In this document: piece by piece, positions 22,997 to 64,000 of the stretch
Layout: the number at the start of each line of letters is the position of its first letter
Numbering within the stretch: the first letter of the stretch is position 1
DNA from: Macrostomum lignano
Lineage: Eukaryota
NCBI GenBank assembly: GCA_002269645.1
Contig: NIVC01002206.1
Span: 124,001-188,000, forward strand
Direction: 5' to 3'
DNA length: 64,000 nt
Notes under the pieces: model-generated
The model's database searches: none
Seen by the model: the letters and a program-made list of their open reading frames with translations, nothing else
Told to the model about the DNA's origin: nothing
Made by a program: the position numbers and the translations under genes

Positions 22997-25900
22997 GTCT
23001 GACCAATCCAAAGGATCAAAGAGAGTAGTGGCAGACCAATCCAAAGGATCAAAGAGAGTGTTGGCAGCCCCAATCCAAAGGATCAAAGAGAGTAGTGGCA
23101 GCCCCAATCCAAAGGATCAAAGAGAGTAGTGGCAGGACCAATCCAAAGGATCAAAGAGAGTAGTGGCAGCCCCAATCCAAAGGATCAAAGAGAGTAGTGG
23201 CAGACCAATCCAAAAGAATCAGAGAGTAGTGGCAGACCAATCCAAAGGATCAAAGAGAGTAGTGGCAGCCCCAATCCAAAGGATCAAAGAGAGTAGTGGC
23301 AGCCCCAATCCAAAGGATCAAAGAGAGTAGTGGCAGGACCAATCCAAAGGATCAAAGAGAGTAGTGGCAGCCCCAATCCAAAGGATCAAAGAGAGTAGTG
23401 GCAGACCAATCCAAAAGAATCAGAGAGTAGTGGCAGACCAATCCAAAGGATCAAAGAGAGTAGTGGCAGCCCCAATCCAAAGGATCAAAGAGAGTAGTGG
23501 CAGCCCCAATCCAAAGGATCAAAGAGAGTAGTGGCAGGACCAATCCAAAGGATCAAAGAGAGTAGTGGCAGCCCCAATCCAAAGGATCAAAGAGAGTAGT
23601 GGCAGACCAATCCAAAAGAATCAGAGAGTAGTGGCAGACCAATCCAAAGGATCAAAGAGAGTAGTGGCAGCCCCAATCCAAAGGATCAAAGAGAGTAGTG
23701 GCAGCCCCAATCCAAAGGATCAAAGAGAGTAGTGGCAGACCAATACAAAGGATCAAAGAGAGTAGTGGCAGTCCCAATCCAAAGGATCAAAGAGAGTAGT
23801 GGCAGGACCAATCCAAAGGATCAAAGAGAGTAGTGGCAGGACCAATCCAAAGGATCAAAGAGAGTAGTGGCAGACCAATCCAAAGGATCAAAGAGAGTAG
23901 TGGCAGCCCCAATCCAAAGGATCAAAGAGAGTAGTGGCAGCCCCAATCCAAAGGATCAAAGAGAGTAGTGGCAGTCCCAATCCAAAGGACCAAAGAGAGT
24001 AGTGGCAGCCCCAATCCAAAGGATCAAAGAGAGTAGTGGCAGCCCCAATCCAAAGGATCAAAGAGAGTAGTGGCAGACCAATACAAAGGATCAAAGAGAG
24101 TAGTGGCAGTCCCAATCCAAAGGATCAAAGAGAGTAGTGGCAGGACCTATCCAAAGGATCAAAGAGAGTAGTGGCAGGACCAATCCAAAGGATCAAAGAG
24201 AGTAGTGGCAGCCCCAATCCAAAGGATCAAAGAGAGTAGTGGCAGACCAATCCAAAAGAATCAGAGAGTAGTGGCAGACCAATCCAAAGGATCAAAGAGA
24301 GTAGTGGCAGCCCCAATCCAAAGGATCAAAGAGAGAAGTGGCAGCCCCAATCCAAAGGATCAAAGAGAGTAGTGGCAGTCCCAATCCAAAGGACCAAAGA
24401 GAGTAGTGGCAGCCCCAATCCAAAGGATCAAAGAGAGTAGTGGCAGCCCCAATCCAAAGGATCAAAGAGAGTAGTGGCAGACCAATCCAAAGGATCAAAG
24501 AGAGTAGTGGCAGTCCCAATCCAAAGGATCAAAGAGAGTAGTGGCAGGACCAATCCAAAGGATCAAAGAGAGTAGTGGCAGTCCCAATCCAAAGGATCAA
24601 AGAGAGTAGTGGCAGACCAATCCAAAGGATCAAAGAGAGTAGTGGCAGCCCCAATCCAAAGGATCAAAGAGAGTAGTGGCAGGACCAATCCAAAGGATCA
24701 AAGAGAGTAGTGGCAGTCCCAATCCAAAGGATCAAAGAGAGTAGTGGCAGACCAATCCAAAGGATCAAAGAGAGTAGTGGCAGTCCCAATCCAAAGGATC
24801 AAAGAGAGTAGTGGCAGCCCCAATCCAAAGGATCAAAGAGAGTAGTGGCAGTCCCAATCCAAAGGATCAAAGAGAGTAGTGGCAGACCAATCCAAAGGAT
24901 CAAAGAGAGTAGTGGCAGTCCCAATCCAAAGGATCAAAGAGAGTAGTGGCAGCCCCAATCCAAAGGATCAAAGAGAGTAGTGGCAGCCCCAATCCAAAGG
25001 ATCAAAGAGAGTAGTGGCAGCCCCAATCCAAAGGATCAAAGAGAGTAGTGGCAGCCCCAATCCAAAGGATCAAAGAGAGTAGTGGCAGGACCAATCCAAA
25101 GGATCAAAGAGAGTAGTGGCAGCCCCAATCCAAAGGATCAAAGAGAGTAGTGGCAGCCCCAATCCAAAGGATCAAAGAGAGTAGTGGCAGTCCCAATCCA
25201 AAGGATCAAAGAGAGTAGTGGCAGACCAATCCAAAGGATCAAAGAGAGTAGTGGCAGTCCCAATCCAAAGGATCAAAGAGAGTAGTGGCAGCCCCAATCC
25301 AAAGGATCAAAGAGAGTAGTGGCAGCCCCAATCCAAAGGATCAAAGAGAGTAGTGGCAGCCCCAATCCAAAGGATCAAAGAGAGTAGTGGCAGCCCCAAT
25401 CCAAAGGATCAAAGAGAGTAGTGGCAGCCCCAATCCAAAGGATCAAAGAGAGTAGTGGCAGCCCCAATCCAAAGGATCAAAGAGAGTAGTGGCAGACCAA
25501 TCCAAAAGAATCAGAGAGTAGTGGCAGACCAATCCAAAGGATCAAAGAGAGTAGTGGCAGCCCCAATCCAAAGGATCAAAGAGAGTAGTGGCAGTCCCAA
25601 TCCAAAGGATCAAAGAGAGTAGTGGCAGACCAATCCAAAGGATCAAAGAGAGTAGTGGCAGCCCCAATCCAAAGGATCAAAGAGAGTAGTGGCAGCCCCA
25701 ATCCAAAGGATCAAAGAGAGTAGTGGCAGACCAATCCAAAGGATCAAAGAGAGTAGTGGCAGCCCCAATCCAAAGGATCAAAGAGAGTAGTGGCAGACCA
25801 ATCCAAAAGAATCAGAGAGTAGTGGCAGACCAATCCAAAGGATCAAAGAGAGTAGTGGCAGCCCCAATCCAAAGGATCAAAGAGAGTAGTGGCAGTCCCA

Positions 25901-26602
25901 ATCCAAAGGATCAAAGAGAGTAGTGGCAGGACCAATCCAAAGGATCAAAGAGAGTAGTGGCAGTCCCAATCCAAAGGATCAAAGAGAGTAGTGGCAGACC
26001 AATCCAAAGGATCAAAGAGAGTAGTGGCAGCCCCAATCCAAAGGATCAAAGAGAGTAGTGGCAGGACCAATCCAAAGGATCAAAGAGAGTAGTGGCAGTC
26101 CCAATCCAAAGGATCAAAGAGAGTAGTGGCAGACCAATCCAAAGGATCAAAGAGAGTAGTGGCAGTCCCAATCCAAAGGATCAAAGAGAGTAGTGGCAGC
26201 CCCAATCCAAAGGATCAAAGAGAGTAGTGGCAGTCCCAATCCAAAGGATCAAAGAGAGTAGTGGCAGACCAATCCAAAGGATCAAAGAGAGTAGTGGCAG
26301 TCCCAATCCAAAGGATCAAAGAGAGTAGTGGCAGCCCCAATCCAAAGGATCAAAGAGAGTAGTGGCAGCCCCAATCCAAAGGATCAAAGAGAGTAGTGGC
26401 AGCCCCAATCCAAAGGATCAAAGAGAGTAGTGGCAGCCCCAATCCAAAGGATCAAAGAGAGTAGTGGCAGACCAATCCAAAGGATCAAAGAGAGTAGTGG
26501 CAGCCCCAATCCAAAGGATCAAAGAGAGTAGTGGCAGCCCCAATCCAAAGGATCAAAGAGAGTAGTGGCAGCACCAATCCAAAGGATCAAAGAGTGGCAG
26601 CC
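22997..26602. repeat. 33-34-bp minisatellite (~107 copies) with higher-order structure
   Basis: Unit CCAATCCAAAGGATCAAAGAGAGTAGTGGCAG(CC/TC/GA/A). Confidence 0.97.
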
Positions 26603-28024
26603 CTACACAAAAATGCTATCGGCCCAAAGCAGAGATAAATGTACAAGGGTACTACAAGTATTTTTACATTAAGACTCATAATGAAAAAGTCATAATTAGT
26701 GCACCTACTACGCACTTGGCATGGAGGAATGCCTTATTGGTAATTTATAATCTTACATTTCTTGCTAGCACGTATACAGTATATACAGTACTCTTATGGC
26801 TAACTAATAATAGTCCAATTAATTTGTGCTGAAAATGCAGCGCAGCACTCACCAGGTTGTGAAAGAGCCTACTAATGGCCAGCTTTAGTCGTACCATGGC
26901 GCCGCCTCTCCCGGCTCAGCTCCGTTGCCAGGTCGATAAGTGAAGCGAGCAGATTAGAGGGGATAGTTAATGGTTTCTAAACCCATGCGCCTGTTCAGAG
27001 CCGATAAAAAAGAACTGTTATGGCTCTTTTAGCCAGTAGTGCAAGCAATGATATCGAACAGGTATGAGCGTAATTGCTGTATGTACGAGTGTATGTATGG
27101 CTTAGTCAGTTCCAGGAGCAGTAGGCAAGCTACCAACCAACCAGTCCCGACTATAACAACACCTGTTTGTCTCAGACCCTCCTCTCTCTCCTCCCCAATT
27201 TCAAAAATACTCTATACTCAACCAAGCTGAGCCAAGGATACCGAAGAACAAGAACCTGGAATGCCTTATCGACCTTGCCCGAATCGCCATTTGCAGACAA
27301 CTGTAGGCTGACTGCAGAGGTGACAGTTCACGCACAAAATAGAATAGAATTTCTTTTTCCTCTTTTGTCAAGCAATCCAAACTCCAGCCTATGAGCTAAT
27401 GCTAACAAAAGTTATGAAGAAGCATTTAACCCTCAAGCGGTTAAAAGTTTAATTACAAAATTAGATGGATTAGATTAGATGGTATACCATAATTTGATGC
27501 CAATGACAGCTACAGCTACAATGAAAAGCAAGTCTCTAATAGCGGGATTCTCTCACTAAGAATTCAACGAGTTTTTACTGAAATACTCAAACTAAAAAAA
27601 GCAAAACTATAATCAGCCTACAGTTCTCTGAGAATGGCAGCATCGAGGAAGAGTGGGTCTACCAGGATGCAGTTCTGAGTCTCCATGGCTATAAGCACTA
27701 GAACGAGCTCTGTAATAGCATTTTTGTCCAATTGGAATGTGGCGCATCGCCCAGCAGACACAGAGGGAGAAAATGGGCAGAGAGTAGGGGTGGCGTAGGG
27801 TGTTGAGTAGGAGGGGGTGGGAGAGAAAGGCCAGCTCTATATCCCATATCTAAACTAGAGAGCGCTTATACAAATTGGCCCAGTTAGACAATATCGACCT
27901 CGCTGTACATAAAATACGAGCCAGATATATACTCATTATATCTACAGTGTATAATATGTATATTACACGCGGATACAGTAGTTGAAGAAGTCGCCGCCGC
28001 TCGAAAAGCACTCAACCAGCTGTC

Positions 28025-28500
<476 letters not shown>

Positions 28501-28932
28501 TAGCTTGACGCTGACAAATTAACAGTCAATTGCAGTGCATTTTCCCAGCTTAGGATCTGCATATATCCGCTACAATAAGACAGCGAATTTGAATTAAAAT
28601 GAATGCAAGGCTAAAACAACGGTTCGAGCGCACTAGAGAGGCCAATTTGGAAGTGCGGTCGAATTCGACAGTGGAATGCCTGTCTCTTGTCTGTCATGGC
28701 AGCGTAACTTAACTTCGCAATCTAGCTTAGCTGAGCGATAAGCTATGCTCTTCAATCGATTTTGGGCGTTCCTTTTTGAGCTAAACTTGAAATAACTCAA
28801 ATTAATACATTCTTTTGTCGTGGGAACATTTTTAAAATAAGAATTAAAAATTTAGTTCTAATAGTTTTATATCTTTAACTTTGTTTCGACTGACTCTCTT
28901 TGGTTCCAAATTTACCCTTATCATAATCTGAC

Positions 28933-29491
28933 TTGACAGTCTGACATCATCTAATCTGTCAGGAGACTTCAGTCTGACATCATATGATCTGTCAGGAGAC
29001 TTCAGTCTGACATCATATGATCTGTCAGGAGACTTCAGTCTGACATCATATGATCTGTCAAGAGACTTCAGTCTGACATCATCTAATCTGTCAAGAGACT
29101 TCAGTCTGACATCATATGATCTGTCAAGAGACTTCAGTCTGACATCATCTAATCTGTCAAGAGACTTCAGTCTAACATCATATGATCTGTCAAGAGACTT
29201 CAGTCTGACATCATCTAATCTGTCAGGAGACTTCAGTCTGACATCATCTAATCTGTCAAGAGACTTCAGTCTGACATCATCTAATCTGTCAGGAGACTTC
29301 AGTCTGGCATCATATGATCTGTCAAGAGACTTCAGTCTGACATCATCTAATCTGTCAAGAGACTTCAGTCTGACATCATCTAATCTGTCAAGAGACTTCA
29401 GTCTGACATCATCTAATCTGTCAAGAGACTTCAGTCTGACATCATCTAATCTGTCAAGAGACTTCAGTCTGACATCATATGATCTGTCAGG
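28933..29491. repeat. 33-bp minisatellite with internally palindromic units
   Basis: Unit AGTCTGACATCAT(CTA/ATG)ATCTGTCA(A/G)GAGACTTC, ~17 copies. Confidence 0.93.
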
Positions 29492-29837
29492 AGAATCCAA
29501 CCTGAAATCTGAAACACTCGAGCAAATATTTACGAGCGTATGCAGTTTAAATGCATTCCATAATATCATATACTCAATTCAAAATTTTACACACCACAGA
29601 TAGCATGAGCCCATGTTTTTATCAAACGCAAATATTTTGCATAAAAAAGGCTTTCGCCAAATACCAGAGATTCGGCAAGCCTGCCAGGGTTTTGAGTATT
29701 TTTGTGTATTTTTTCATATTTCTATAATAGCCATAACAAACCGACTGAATTATAGTGTCGGGCAGATAAGCTACAGTATTTGCGCCTGTTGCGTGCCTTT
29801 CTAGAGTCAAACTGGCATACTTAAGGCTCTGCCGGCT

Positions 29838-30378
<541 letters not shown>

Positions 30379-30424
30379 CACTGTCAATCAGCCTAGTAAT
30401 TAACAGTATCCAAGCCTGGAACAC

Positions 30425-63694
<33,270 letters not shown>

Positions 63695-64000
63695 CTGCCA
63701 AGAGAGATTTTTTCTATACATATCGGTCGTATCTTCTAAACTATTGGGTGAGGCCGGTTATGTTTAGGTTTGCTCGCACCTGCAGTAGGAAACCTGAAGT
63801 TCTATATATGTCTTCTACAATTTCCGTAAAACTATATTTTAACACTATATTTTCGATACATATCGGCAGTACATATTTGCAGCATTGAAAGCATTATTTT
63901 TCTATACATATCGCTAGTCTGGAAAGTCGTATTTTTCGATACATATCGGTTTTTTTTTAGAGGCAGGGGGGTTGTGTGCACCCTGGCGCACTTTAAGCGA

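Overview
Eukaryotic (metazoan) genomic DNA: GC-rich exons with GT-AG introns in AT-rich spacers. The style (GC-rich exons, introns stuffed with tandem repeats) resembles a free-living flatworm such as Macrostomum, but that is inference only. Three host genes, all on the minus strand: (1) a hemicentin-1-like gene (32 exons traced by hand, 30425-63694, running off the right edge; 28 Ig, 6 TSP1, G2F, EGF repeats, fibulin C-terminus; two 1-nt frameshifts); (2) a two-exon brainiac/bre-5-like GT31 glycosyltransferase (20419-22601); (3) the 5' part of USP24 (ATG at 5830, running off the left edge). Between 3.5 and 17.4 kb lies a dense mobile-element cluster: a P-like THAP element nested in a mariner TIR, a young full-length but disabled Ty3/Gypsy element (TG...AA LTRs, tRNA-Ser PBS, and a TACAGTA Tc1-type excision footprint in its RT), plus hAT, Merlin, IS630/Tc1-like and MULE-like relics. 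Most host introns carry their own private mini/microsatellite array. Most long ORFs in the supplied track are artefacts of these arrays or antisense shadows of GC-rich exons. No CRISPR array, rRNA or intact tRNA was found. All coordinates were hand-counted; repeat boundaries are approximate.
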